The notes: generated by a model not told the origin, from the letters alone. DNA of 64,000 nucleotides from Vicugna vicugna (GCA_013265495.1 MU061560.1:186001-250000), one strand, 5' to 3'; shown: positions 50,829 through 64,000, numbered from the stretch's first letter. Program-made: numbers and translations.

Positions 50829-51138
50829 TTTTTTTTTTTAATACCTTTATTATGGTATGATTCCTATACAGTAAACTACACGTATTTCAGACGTACCATT
50901 TGATGAATTTTGATAGATGTACACACCCATGAAACCACCACCAGACTCAAGATAGCTAACATTTCCATCACGCCCATCACTCCCCAAGAGGCGCAAATTT
51001 TGAATTCCCAATTTATCCCTCCCACCCCCTTCACCCGCTGGTAACCCAGTCTGTTCTCTATGTCTGTGAGTCTGTTTCTGTTTTGTAGATAAGTTCATTT
51101 GTGTCCTTTTTTTAGATTCCACATATAAGCAATGTCAG
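50829..51138 (-). mobile_element. L1 3' fragment with alternative 3' terminus
   Basis: Perfect 13-bp TSD GTTGAACATTCTT (50816-50828 / 51139-51151) and poly-T. Confidence 0.88.
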
Positions 51139-52421
51139 GTTGAACATTCTTAAAGACATTAAGAAGGTGGTTTTTTTCCCCCAGTTTTTTCTTTAGGAGC
51201 TTTGTTATCAAGTTTACTTAAGGCTCCAGAAATAGTTACTAATTCCTGAAGGTAAAGCCCTGTTTTGGTTTCTCATGACTCTAGTCTTCACTGAACAGTC
51301 TTTCAGTGTTGTTTTACTAACAAGTTATTTTGTTTTGTGACCTGAAGTAACAATCTCAAATATGTACTGTGGTGATTTCATTACTCAGATTTATAATTTT
51401 TCTATATTTCTCAAAAAGGAGATAAATCATAGTAGAAAAAAAGAGAACAAGGTATAGCCTGTTTGGTGGTGTGTGTTTTAGCCAGAGCATCTGGCCTGAT
51501 TATCTTTTATCATGTAAAGCCTTTTGCACTTAGTGTCAGCATGTTACTTTTTGCTGCTGTGTTATAATAATACTTAGGTGTATCTGTTCCATTAAATGGC
51601 TTCTTTTGTATGTTTCCTAGAAGTATGGCTGTAGAAAGTGCTCTAAACTTTATCAGGAAACCTGGGTTTTAATTTGGATTCCTTATTTACTGGCTAGAAG
51701 ACCAACACCGATTGTTTAAACTGTTAAACTTGCTAAATTATGTTCACTGCCTACCATGTACCAGGTTTTGTGCTAAATATGTAATATGTTTTATCTCAAC
51801 CCTTAGTAGTCTGTGAAATAGATGCTTTTATTATTATTTCTGTTGCATAGATGAGGAAGTTGAGACCTAGGTAGATTAGGTAACTTGTCTGGTTAATGAT
51901 GGAACCAAAATTTGAGTGAGGAGGTGTGACTCCAAAACTTGGATTTTTAACAGTAATAATATAAGAATAAAGAATTTTATGATTTTGATTAATTGATATC
52001 CTTTAAAGTGACCAGGAAGGTAAAGTTTGCTGCATACAGGAAAGCCTGCACTGGTATTAATTTAATAAAACAGTGCAACAGTAATAGCTTGGTCCTTCTT
52101 TCCTAAGTTTGTAAGTTACATTTCCATTTTCCTGAAAACTTTTTACAGGATAGAATTTACTCTGTACTATTGTTTAGTAATTGTATTACAACTTGATTGT
52201 TGGAGGGGCTAGCTGTGTGTCTTGTGCCCTCGGCCCTGTGGTTGCCATGGTGACTGATTTAACAACATTCAGTTACCTTGACAGCTGAATTCGGTGTCAG
52301 TGCACCATCCCTTGTTTGAGGCCATGCTTTCCAGCATGGACCCACTCTGTTTCTGTAAACTTGTGTTTGTTGTCATCTCTGAAAAAATTTTAAGGCAGCG
52401 GTTTTATGGTCTCTGTTGTAA

Positions 52422-52422
<1 letters not shown>

Positions 52423-52456
<34 letters not shown>

Positions 52457-52463
52457 GGCGCGC
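52423..52463. repeat. (GT)n followed by a (GC)n alternating tract
   Basis: Directly visible. Confidence 0.9.
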
Positions 52464-53589
52464 AGCATGATGAAAAAACCAAAAGCCCTTAAATTAAATC
52501 AGAGTTTAATCTATGTCCTTAAACTAGATGGTAAGCTGCTTTGGGCTTTTTCCTATCCCTTACACATGGCCCCCACTCAGTAAATCCTTGCTGATTGACT
52601 CTGGAGTGAAGGATTATTTTTACAGTAGCATATGGTGGGCTTAAAAAAAAAATACTGGTAGTGGAAAACTTGTTGGCATGTATCCATTTTCAGATTTTTC
52701 TAGAAGGTCTCATACCAAACGAGGAGCAGCAGAACCATCTGTCCCTGAACCTGGGTGGATCTCAGCAGCCTCCTATCCGTTGCACTGTCTTTGTAGTGGA
52801 TGGCCGTGCTGCGCTGTAATTAAGTCAGCCGGTGGGAGTCCCTGTGTTGAAGGGGCCCTCTCCCTGCTGGTTAAGTACCGCTGCCTTTGTGTTACATGCC
52901 ATGTTATTGTGGAGTGGATAATTTTTTTCCCTGCAATCGGTCTTGATTTAACAGCAGGATCCCCTGGGCTTCTTCCAAGAAGCACCACATCTCCCCGAAA
53001 ATAAATGGAGGATGAATTCTTTCTTGAGATTCTGAAAAACTATTCAGTGCACGCTTTTCTTTCTCTCATGTTCAAAACAATGCTGAATGTTTATAACTAT
53101 ACTCCGAATGAGTTACTTGGTTCACTGACTTCCTTCCTGCTCTGACAAAGGTCTACTTTTTTTTGTGGCAGAGAAATTTTATAAAAATATAATATTTAAA
53201 AAATGCCTAAAAGTGAAGAAGAACAGCCTTATGAGCCTCTCACTGTGGGCTAATGAAAGAAAGGCTGTAAATGAGACTTACCCTGGGATTTCCCCTTCTC
53301 TTACCTTCATAAAGCCTGTGTTTCCTCCTCCGGCCGAGCCTCCTTCTGCTCTTCCGTTCTCACCCTCTCTCCCCTCCTCTCACCCTCTCTCCCCTCTCCT
53401 GCGGATCTCAGGACCAAAGAAATCAACTTATTCGCAGGCACTCAATTCTGACTACATGGCTGAGTACAGAGCAGCTCCAAGAATGATCATATCAAATTTG
53501 GAGATTTAACCTGAGAGTAGAAATAATATTAGTCCATTGGTAGGATGCAGAATTTCACCGTGAACTGTCTGGTAAATCAAGTCAAAATG

Positions 53590-53768
53590 CGGGAGGGCAT
53601 ATAGCTTAGTGGTAGAGTGCACGCTTAGGGTGCACAAGGTCCTGGGTTCAATCCCCAGTACTTTCCCTAAAAAATAAAATAAAATAAAAAAAAATAAATT
53701 TAAAATACATAAAGAAATCTAATTACCTACCCCCCCAAAAACAAATACAAAAAAAAAAGTTTAAAAAT
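53590..53768 (+). mobile_element. tRNA-derived SINE (Vic-1-like)
   Basis: Same consensus; TSD a(a/g)gtcaaaatg. Confidence 0.88.
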
Positions 53769-56700
53769 AGGTCAAAATGGGCCTTCCAAGAAACATTTCA
53801 TGATGCTTTCGTTTCTTGTCGGAAATCCTCCTGGGTCTGACCGTTTGAAGTCCATTCTGGCTCTGAGGATGTGTTAGTAGGAACAAACGTATGATAAGAA
53901 ATGTAGATTATAAAAAATGCTGGAGTTTACTTGTGGTCACAAGGTTTAGCGACCTGTAGACATTAGAAATGAAAACCTACTGCCTTCTTTTCCAAAAGTC
54001 CTTACTTCCTGGATGGGTAAAACGTGGAATGCCACGCTGTTTTGAATTTTTACATTATTAAAAAAGTTGAACAGGTTTTTCTGTCATGTTGACTATTTTG
54101 TCTTCTGCCTTCTTATCAAACCGCACGTCAGTGCTTCCATTGAAAGAAGCGCCCTATAATTTGAGACAGCCTTTATTTTCTCAGCAGACTGTTTATTTGA
54201 TTAAATGTTTAAAAGAACTAGATCTACAACTAAGAAACCAAATGTTGGGTTTTCATTTCTTTGAATAAATAACGTTTCACGTATATTTCCTCATTCTCAT
54301 GGGGCGGCGTATTTAAGTGTGTGTAGTTTTGGCATTTCAGGAAACAGAACTGAAAAAAAAAGATATTGATAACTTCATTAACAGCGTGTGTTGTGTGTCA
54401 GAAGAAATGTGGAGACTTAGAATCAGTGATTGGAAACTCAACGTATTTCAGTGTAATTGAAATCTTCCTTAGAACGGACATGTTCCCTTGACTCAGAAAG
54501 GAAAATACGGTGGGGAAGTTTACACTAGCTGCCTTTTAATTCTGTAAAAATCTGTTACCTCTTGAAGGTATAAAAATTCAGAACCATGGTTCTCTGTTTT
54601 GCTTCTTTGCTGTGAGTGAGTGGTTACCTTTTCTGAGCCCTTAGCTTCTGTGAACATAGGGCACCCATCTGCCCGATGTTTTAAAGCGGAGAGTTACAGT
54701 TCAAACGAGGCAACATTTTGATTTTATACTACTGTCTTCTAGGAGTCCAACCTAAAATTAAGAAAATGGAATTATTCAAGGCCTCAATCTCTTTGTTGGT
54801 AACTTATTCACAATTTATATGTTTGATTTTTTTTTTTGGTCCTAATGCCCGCTTTTGACCAATGTGTTGTGTTTTTGTTATTAAGCTAAACGTGTATGAA
54901 ATGATGTCTCCGAACAATAGCCTATATTTCAAATGTCCAGTGAGAAGTCTGATTCAGAGGCCCCTCCTTTGGACGGACTTTTGAACAGCACTTACCACAG
55001 TATCCTGTGCGTGTTGGTTTTCTTTTCTTTCTTTTTTTTTTACGTGTTGGTTTTCTTACCTTCTTTTGCCCCCATTTTTGGTCGGCATCCTTGTCCTACC
55101 TGTTTTTGTCTCTCCCCAGGGCCTTGCACACAGTAGGTGGTCAACACATGTTTGTTGAATGTAAGACCTAAATCGTAGCCTACTCTTAAAAAGGAGTTAA
55201 GTCTCATCAATGTTTTCCATTTTGCTGAACCAAGGAGAAGATAGTGGATACCTTTACCCTGTTCCTGTATCCCCAGTACGAAGGAAAAGTTATGAGGAGA
55301 ACGTGGAAGCCTCTTCACCTTCCTCTGCATCGTGGTCAGCTCTTTGAGTGTCACCAGACAAGACCTGTGCTGTGAACAGGAGGGCACAGTGTAAACTGTG
55401 AAGATCACGTTATTAGGATGGATGGTATGAAACTGCCATTTTTGCAGATCACAAGTGGTAGGATCTTGTAATTACACATGGTTCAGCCTAATATATTAAA
55501 ATAAAAACTTGTTGAACATGAGGGCTTAAACTTTAATCCATTTTGAGAATCTTTATTATTTGACAACAACTGACATAGAAAAAGTCAAAGCAAAATGAAT
55601 TCATTTAAAAATTAGGACCCACAGTGAAAAACTATATGAAAATGAATATATGTATGTTCATGTATGACTGAAGCATTGTCCTGTACACCAGAAATTGATG
55701 CAACTTTGTAAACTGTACCTCAATTAAAAACAAAAAATTAGGACAAACATTTCAGTGAATAATCAGGGGGAAAAAAAGAATTGATCTAGTTAAAAGAATT
55801 GATTTCAATAAAGAATTCTTTATTGAAATATTTAAACATGTGAAAATGTTGACAAAATAAAAATCAACTAATACTTCAAATTGAAAATGAATTGTTTGCT
55901 GTTATGCATGGCATAATGTTTTTCTCTACAAAAAAGGCACATTACAACGGCCTTCACGTCACATCTGACTCTTGCAGCATTTCTTTAAAGAGATCTTGAA
56001 ATAAATTTGAGGACTTCATTAACTTCCCAAGGATTAAACAAATATTTTATCATTAAAATGATTTTCTACGAAGCATCCAAAATAGACAGGATTTCTCGTT
56101 TTCTGTTCTTCAGTTGTTAACACTCTAAGGCTGCCAGATTCTTACCTGTCGGGGACTTGGGGTGTTACTGGAGCCGTCTTTTGTGGATTTGATGGCATGT
56201 TATAGTGCACTCAGTTTACACTGCCTTCGCCGTGAGACTTAACTACAGGCACTGATTCTCCAGCTATAAGTAGTTCTCTCAACTCTACCCATTCCCCTCA
56301 TCCTGCTTTCAGTTTCTCCATGGCAGTTATTATCTCTTGATTATATTTTTTTGTTTGTCCTTTGTCTCCTCTGGTTTCTGGAACTTCTAGTCTTAGACGT
56401 CTGCACAACCTTTTGAAAAACCACCTTAAGCTGTGAAATGTGCTGCACATACAGAAAAAGCACACAAACCCGTGTACAGTCTAACAATAGAAAGCGCCTA
56501 TTCATGTGGCCACCCCCCAGGTGAGGGGGAGAGAATGTGCGGGCACCCCAGAATCCCCTTTTGTGCCCCTCCTCCTCCACTGCAACTCTCCCACCCCAGG
56601 TAACCCGTAATTTTGGATTCCTATTTTTACTTCACTCTTTAAACATTTAAAATATTAGATTATCTGTCTCTTTTTAAAAAATGGTACATAGGAATTCTTT

Positions 56701-57829
56701 AGATACACTCTGAATCCTAGTCCTTTATCATTTTTGTATATTACAGATATCTTACCTACATAGTGATTTGTCTTTTCAATTATAAGTGAATCTTTCTAAA
56801 GTGAGTATTAGCATTTCACAATAGGACAGTGGTTTATTTCGCTAGTGAAATCTAGTCTTTCCCTTTTCTCTTCATGAACATTTTTTTTTTTTGCTACAGT
56901 AGCAGCAAAATGTAAGCAGTGACTGTACCAGAGGTATAAATCCGTAGTAGGTGTGAATGCCAAAAATTATGGTTTAAACTCGCAAAATATACCTTCTTAG
57001 ATACGAGAGACATTTTGTCAAATAGCCCCTGGCTTTATCTGGGCCACTTGAAGAATCACCAGGAGATGTCAGATAGTGAAATTAATCCACTCAGGGTAAC
57101 CGCATTTAGTAATTGCTTTCATTAATCAAGGCAGGTTAATTTACCATCCACTTGTACAACAATGTCAAAAACTCTATTATCTTCTGAAACCTTTTGTACA
57201 GCAAGTTAAGTGTCTTTTCCTCCATAAAGATTAAGATTCAATATTAATCCAGACTAAGAATTACTTTCTCTCCTCCACCTCTCTGATTCCCTCTCCCCAC
57301 GCTCGTACAAGAGAGGCCAGTCTGCAGTATAGTAGTCCCAGAGCTCAGAGCCCTTCTCTTAAATTCACATACCGTCCATTTACTTCCATGGACAGATACC
57401 AGTGGCACTAGTATGGGTAGGGGCAGGTGAAATGGTCTTTCTTGAGGACAGGAGTTGGCTATCTCCTGGTGGTTAAGTGATACACCTAGGCATCGAGGGA
57501 GACCCATGTTTTGTTTGTTTGTTTGAGTATCAGTTGAATATTTATTCACAATGAAGCAAGAAATCATAATAAAATATCAACTTCTAAAAGTGGGAAAATT
57601 CCACAAACATCACAAAACCTGGGGTTGTGGGGGCGGGAATGACAAAACATGTTTCTTAGTGAGCTGCCTAAAATACATGTGATAATATTTTTTTAAATTT
57701 TTAGTCGTGTCTTTCTATGGTTAAGTTTTTTCTGTAATCTTACTATAAGGAGATGAGAAAGATAATTCAGTCTATGAGAAATCTGCTTTTCGTTATTGAT
57801 TATTTACTTATTTATTTTTCAAAGACTAT

Positions 57830-57955
57830 TTTTTTCCAGAGAGGGGGAAGTAATTAGGTTTATTTATTTATTTTTGATGGAGGTACTGGGGATTGGACCC
57901 AAGACCTCGTGCGTGCTAAGCATGCGCTCTACCACTGAGCTATTACCCTCTCCCC
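57830..57955 (-). mobile_element. tRNA-derived SINE (Vic-1-like)
   Basis: Same consensus. Confidence 0.88.
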
Positions 57956-60123
57956 TACTGATAATTTAGAAAAGCTTTTTCCCCCCAACTTCCAACTCAT
58001 TACAATGTCATGTAACATTTTTAGAGTTTTGTCAAATTTGGGCTAAGATCTATCCAGTTGGCTTCACCCATGAGGTAGAAGAGACATAGAGCCAAGTTTC
58101 TTTGAAAGCGGTACTCCTTAACTCTTGTCAGTGTTTTCATCAGTACCACTGGGCATATATTATCTCCACGTGTCTTAGCACTTTGTCTTGGGCGCCTGTA
58201 TTTTGGTCTTTGCTTCTGCTAAGGGACTAAGAGGAGCAAGGAAGTAAAGCGTTGATGCTGAGTACATCCATTCAGTGCCTGCAGCTCCGCATGATGGAAG
58301 TCATGAGGAAGGCTCTCTGACACAAGTTAATGATCTTGGATATGACAGAAAAGTGGTGGTGCAAAGTAGGAGAGGTGAAAGGATTCACCTTTGCTGTCAA
58401 AATCCTATGTCTATATTCTCAAATCCCATTTCTCCTTTCTTTTGACTATGATTTCCGGATTACCAATTAAATTACCAGATACTGTGTTAAGCCCAATTAA
58501 TACACACGATAACCTGGAAATCTTTAAGTAGCGCCTAGTCTTAGAAAAAGAAAGAAGGAGAGAAATGCTAAAGTAATTATAGTATGTTATTGTAATACAT
58601 GATAATAGGCAGAATGTGTAGGGAGCACAGCCAGCCAGTCACTGGACACAGAGAAGGCAATTTTTGAGCTGGTCTGAGAGGGCCTGGTTGATAGAACTTG
58701 ATCATCAGTTTGAGTTGAGGGCTTAGGGAGAGGGGATTTTTTCTTTGTTGTAAAGTTAGAGTGAATATTATTTCTATACATGTAGGGTTTTAAGGAGAAA
58801 GGCTTAGGACAAGGTGCTGAAAGACAGCAGACTTCTATTTTCTGTGCATTTGTACATGATGACATTCATTTACAGACACAAACACTCCTTGTACATAAAT
58901 TACCCATGTAATATTTGCCTTTCCCCAGTCTGAGGTGTCAGCTCTAGGCGCAGAGAGTGGGGAGCCAGCCCTTCCTTCAGTGGGTGTCTGGGTGGGATGC
59001 TTTCAAAGAAGTTCCCTTCTCTTGGTCCACTTCCCCCCCGCCTCCCCGAGTTCAAAGATCTTGAGCAGACATTTCTGCTTGTGTCATACCTTCCTGATCT
59101 ATTGATGTCCAGGAAATTTGACAACAGAGACATTTTAGACTTGTTTAATCACTGAAGGCTTTTAAAATAATAAATGGACTTCAAGGCCAGTTTAGTTTTG
59201 CTGAGGTGAAGATCACTATCATAATTAGAGTCTTTGATCTAGTGAGGGAGAGAAATTTCGGGTCAAATGACGAAGACTCAGCCGGTGTGCTGAGAAAGTG
59301 TTATTTGTCCCACTGGACACTTTTCATTGTTTGTGGTGGTATTCGACCAGTGTTGCCTGCTGGCTTTCTGTGAGTCTACTTCGATCTACGTTGACAAATC
59401 AAACTAGAAATCAATTATGTTTTCAGCTAATTCTGTTAGCAGTTATGTATCCAGCAGGTGTTTACTAAGTGCCTACTGTATGTGAAGCACTGTATAGGTG
59501 AGCAAAACAGGTTATGGGCCCTGTCCTCACAGCGCTTACGAGTTGAGGGGGAAGAAATGAAATAAATCAGTTTCCCATGTTTATAATCACAGATGGCATA
59601 CACATGCAAATAAAGGCTCACTCATAACCCAGCCATTGTCCCCTGTCGTTCTGCTTCCTGATTAGACCATCTGCATATGTTAATAGTCACTTGTCAGGCT
59701 TAATTTAGCAACCAACTTTATTTCCTCACGCTCATTTCTGTTAACAATTACTGTTACCTGCTCGCCCTTACAGATTGGCCATTGGTGCCTCACAGCCAGG
59801 GTGGCTTCCAGATTTTCACCTTGGGAAAGCAGGTGGATGGAGAGGTCACAAATGGAAATAAAGAACATAGGAGAAAAGACTTGAGACTCAGAAAAAAAAT
59901 GTGTTGAACACATGGAGTTTAAGGGACATCGGAGTGGAGGTACTGAACAGGCTGGTGTAAATACACTTCTGAATCTCAAGACTGGCTAATGAAAAAGAAG
60001 ACAATTAATAATGAGGGACCATTAACACATGTCTTGCTCTGGTTATGCAACATATGGTATCAAGTTATTGCATATAAGTCATTCTTGAAGTCATGGGACT
60101 GAAAGATAAAAGTGGAGAAACAA

Positions 60124-60255
60124 GGGGCAGGGGAGGGTATAGCTCAAGTGGTAGAGTGCATGCTTAGCATGAGCAAGGTCCTGGGTTCAATCCCCTGTAC
60201 CTCCTCTAAAGATAAATAAGTAAATAAACCTAATTACCACCCCCTCACCCAAAAA
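60124..60255 (+). mobile_element. tRNA-derived SINE (Vic-1-like)
   Basis: Same consensus. Confidence 0.88.
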
Positions 60256-60762
60256 AGTAGAGGAAGAAGGAAAAGAGCTGCGATAGAGTCTTGTGTGTGG
60301 TGGGGGGGGGGTGGTAACAGCCCTCAGGGCAGGCAGAGGGAGAGATCCCAGTGAAAGCCAGAGAAGCAGTAGGTGGGAGAGCTGTGAGGAGGACCAGGAG
60401 TGGATGGAGGTGAATGGAGACCAACATGGGAAGCCTTTCAAGAAGGAGAAACCAGAGATGCAGAGATGCCAAGAAAGACTGGAGCTGGGAAGCAGCTGGA
60501 TTGAAGGTTCACAGGAACAAAAAAGCAGAGAATTCTGAATTCTGAAACCCACAGTTCTCATTTCAGTAAAAGGGCAGTTGGATTTTTTTTGTTTCCCTTA
60601 GCCACTATTTTGAATATTTGATTAACTATCAGACAGCTAAACTTTCTATTCCTTGGTGGTTAAGATTTACCAAGAAGACTTTCTGTGCCATTTGAAGTTA
60701 AGTGATTTGTGATTAAAGTCATTCAAGTTCATTGTTCACTGCTCATTCAATTTCTTTATGTG

Positions 60763-61178
60763 TTTTTTTTTTAATTGAAGTACAGTCAGTTTACAATGTT
60801 GTGTCAGTTCCTGGTGTACAGCATGATAGTTCAGTCATACATACACATACATATATTCGTTTTCATCTTCTTTTTCATTATAGGTTACTCTAAGATATTG
60901 AAAATAGTTCCCTGTGCTACACAGTATGAACTTGTTTATCTATTTTATATATAGTAGTTAGTATCTGCTAATCCAGAACTCCCAATTTATCCCTTCCCAC
61001 CCTCTTCCCCACGCTGGTAACTGTAAGTTTGTTTTCGACGTCTGCGAGTCTGTTTCTGTTTTGTAAATCAGTTCATTTGTCTTTTTTTTTTTTTTTAAGA
61101 TTCCACATATAAGCGATATCATACGGTATTTTTCTTTCTCTTTCTGGCTCACTTCACTTAGAACGACATTCTCCAGGT
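60763..61178 (-). mobile_element. Young L1 3'-UTR fragment
   Basis: Poly-T, aattgaagtacagtcagtttac tail; similar to 18130-18491. Confidence 0.85.
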
Positions 61179-61519
61179 CAGCTTCTTTGTTTTGTTTTGT
61201 TTTTTAACGTCTGCTTCAAGGCTACTCTTTATAGTTTCTATGGTGATAATTTTTAAAAAGCTCTTTCAGGTTTTTCAGGAATATGAGTAAGTGCAGAATA
61301 ACTTAAAGAACATGGGCAGTTAGTACATGGGTGTGACAGTGAAGTATCTGCTATGAACTTGGAAATAAGGAATAAAAAAAAAACCCCAAACAATTAAAGG
61401 GCCAGAGCAGAGGAGGAAAAACCTTCAAGAGACAGAACGGCCAGCAAGCGCTGACCACAATCTTAAGAAAAAAGGTTAATGTCGATGTCAAGACTGCAGT
61501 GATCAGAGGGAGTGTTGTT

Positions 61520-62300
61520 TAAAAAAAGCGTAACGTAGGAAGCGAGAAGCAGTCGCTGGCCGTGGGCACGAAGCCCCGGGCAGGGGCGGGCACCCTGCCG
61601 TGGTGGGCTCTCCTCGGGAGCCTGTGCAGCGGAGACAGGCCGACCGGGCTCGGGGGCCTGAGGCGGGTGCGCTGAATCCGGCAGCTCCCGCGCCGGCTCT
61701 GCCCGCTGTCCCCGCGCCGCACGCGCTTGGCTGGTCGCTGGCGAGCCTAGCCTCCGAGGGGAGGGTGATTCTCCTACCGACGCCCTCCCTGGCTCCCGGC
61801 AGTTCTGCGGCACGTCTGGTGAGGCGTCTCTTCCGGCGGGGGCCTCAGTCGGCCGTGGGTCTGGGTCGGTGCGGGCGCGTCGTGGGGCCGAGGAGCCTGG
61901 GACGGGACGGGACGGCTTCCCGGCCCGGGGCTCGCGGCCTGGGTCGCGTCGGGTTCAGCGCGTCGGGCTCCCTGCGAAGGCCCCGCGTTCCTGGTGAGAC
62001 AGTGTCCCCGTAAGGGCTGCTACCGGGCGCTTTTACACATCTCTGTTGTTTTTCTGAAAATCGAATATATTGAGACAATTCTGTGATTGTAAAAATGTGG
62101 AACCTCACGTGCAATGAGGCGCTTGGTCGTGAGCAGCGCCGCGGTGGCCCCCGTGTTGCGTCGTGTCTCGCTGTGCTCAGCCCCCGGCCAGGCCGTTTCT
62201 GTACAGCTCCGTCCTCCGGGTGAGGAACCGAGATGCTCCTAAACGTGACTAAGCGTAGGCCTTGGGTGATGTCCGTGCTCATGTCTTCTCTGTGGTCACG
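61520..62300. promoter_or_regulatory. Intragenic CpG island in BICD1 intron 1
   Basis: Dense CpG and GC boxes (GGGGCGGGG ~61583) in an otherwise CpG-depleted intron. Confidence 0.75.
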
Positions 62301-62429
62301 GGCTGGTTTCTAAAGAACCACAGCGGTCATACAACTGTACGTTCTTGTAAATTGTACACAACTTAATCACACATGTAACTTTGTAATAAGTTACATAAGC
62401 CACACTACTTAGTATTCCAATGCGACCTT

Positions 62430-62555
62430 GTTTCTGTTTGTTTGTTTTTTGGTGATAATGAGATTGATTTTTTTTTTTTAATGGAGGTACTGGGCATTGA
62501 ACCCAGGACCTCATGCATGCTAAGCACGCATTCTGCCACTGAGCTATATCCTCCC
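62430..62555 (-). mobile_element. tRNA-derived SINE (Vic-1-like)
   Basis: Same consensus. Confidence 0.85.
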
Positions 62556-64000
62556 TGCTTCCAACCTGCCTTTTATGTGTTTCTGTATGTGTTGTAGGAG
62601 AATCCATTTTTTCCCTGAAGTTAGATATTCTTTTCTGTTGCTACATTTGTATGCTTTGTCAAAGAAGCATTGTCAGAAAATCATCTGAAATGCAGCACAA
62701 GCAAGTTGGGGCTTTAGATGTTTTAGGTGAACCAAGAAGAAAAACCAGTGTGAGAGTTAAAAAGATGCAAAACCAGAATAAGGGCAAAACGTTGACCCTG
62801 TCTGACGTGAGAGAATTCCGGTCACGTGATCCTAAGAAGCGCGAGTAACCCATTTAGTTGTTTATAACCAGTCCCGCGGAAGTCCTGGAAGATCGGTTGG
62901 GGCTGTCTGCAGGTTTACTCTAGGGAAGTGAGAGAAAAAAGTACGTATTTTCTTCTTGACCTTGAGAATTTAGCCTGGTTTCGGGTGTACCAGCAGGAAG
63001 ACCCTAGGAGCTGCCCGGCCATTTTGGGGAGGCACGTGGATGAAGATAGGGTTAGGAGGGCTGGGCTTTGGGCCGAGTGTATGGTGGTCTGATATCCCAC
63101 TAGCGTAGAGGTGTTCCCACAGCTTATGAAATAGAGGAGAGTGTGCAGTCTGCTGTCCAGGGCCAGTGGTCCACAGAGGAGAGCCCTCTCTATAGAGAAG
63201 GAGGCAGACCAGATTCCTGCGAGATTCACTGCCCCTTCTGTCTGAGCGTTGCCCCGTCATTTTCATTAGAGCCCTTCCTTGTAACCTTAATATAAACTGT
63301 ACTGTGCTGCTTGGCAATTCTGGTAAATCTTTTGCTTCAGCAAATACTCCAAAAAATGTAGGATCGGCTGGCTGACTGTCTTTGGGGTAGGCATCAAAAC
63401 AGATGGGTGGTGGCATTGTCAGAAAGATGGTAGCAGACGCAGTTGCCTAAAGATGTAAGGGTTTCTTGATATGAAAGAATATTGAGATTCATGTGGCTGG
63501 AAATTTCTGCACAGAGCAGGTGGCAGGGAGTGTATTCCGGTGCAGAAATACGGGGTCCGGCTCCCCCAGAGCGCCTGGTACAGAGGTGCAGCTGCCGCTC
63601 ATGGGACCCGCACAGATCCCGCCAGCAGACAGCCCCTCACCTTCCTTCCTAGGCAGCCTTTGCACCCTGACGGCCCTTCTGCTTTTTCTGGAGCCCTCGG
63701 CCGAGTGCCTCCTGCTCACCAGGTTCAGCCCATGAATTACTCCTGCACGCTATGATGATTGGATTGAGCTACAGCTTTGCCTAAGTCACATTTTTCCTTC
63801 TTATTAATCAGAGACACGCACACACCAACCCAAGCATTGTAACTTGCATGCACTTACTGCCAGATGAGGTGAATTGAAGGTCATGTTCACAGGCATCCAC
63901 TGTACGTTATGGTTACCTCGTATTGGGTGGTGAGTAGCCAGACTTGATCAGATCCTGCCCGGGGGAGTCTGTGAGACAGGGAGGAAGGAACAGAAGTGCC

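Larger units (their letters stand above)
28324..64000 (+). other. BICD1: BICD1 intron 1 (partial, runs past window end)
   Basis: Starts at the GT donor. No continuation of the BICD1 protein (expected AFGQ...) found downstream; repeat-rich sequence. Confidence 0.85.

Noticed and set aside
61463..62282. 116-145 aa ORFs in the intronic CpG island
   Set aside because: GC-content artefacts with no recognisable protein similarity.
2953..62555. Multiple tRNA-like sequences with A/B boxes
   Set aside because: They are SINE heads with A-rich tails and TSDs and lack an intact cloverleaf; not tRNA genes.
1..64000. CRISPR array, operon or novel multi-gene system
   Set aside because: Mammalian DNA with no regularly spaced repeat-spacer array or clustered intact ORFs; the recurring motifs are dispersed SINE, LINE and LTR copies.

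Overview
Mammalian genomic DNA, most likely a camelid: about 18 copies of a tRNA-derived SINE match the camelid Vic-1 type, alongside artiodactyl-type L1 3' ends. The only protein-coding gene I can support is BICD1. Its CpG-island promoter is at ~27.1-28.4 kb, coding exon 1 is 28111-28323 (+), and the remaining ~35.7 kb is intron 1 (exon 2 is not reached). The upstream 27 kb is intergenic and dominated by nested LTR elements, L1 fragments, SINEs, MIR/L2 and hAT DNA transposons. It also holds a decayed, 5'-truncated AURKC processed pseudogene split by a short L1 tail. There are two assembly gaps (13718-13809 and 27553-27563). I see no evidence of a novel multi-gene system. The best leads are three uORFs upstream of the BICD1 ATG, a second CpG island in the intron, paired RFX X-box motifs, an L1 with a swapped 3' end present twice, a twin-primed L1 and a composite SINE insertion. 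Repeat family names come from recalled consensus motifs rather than a database search, and many repeat boundaries are approximate.
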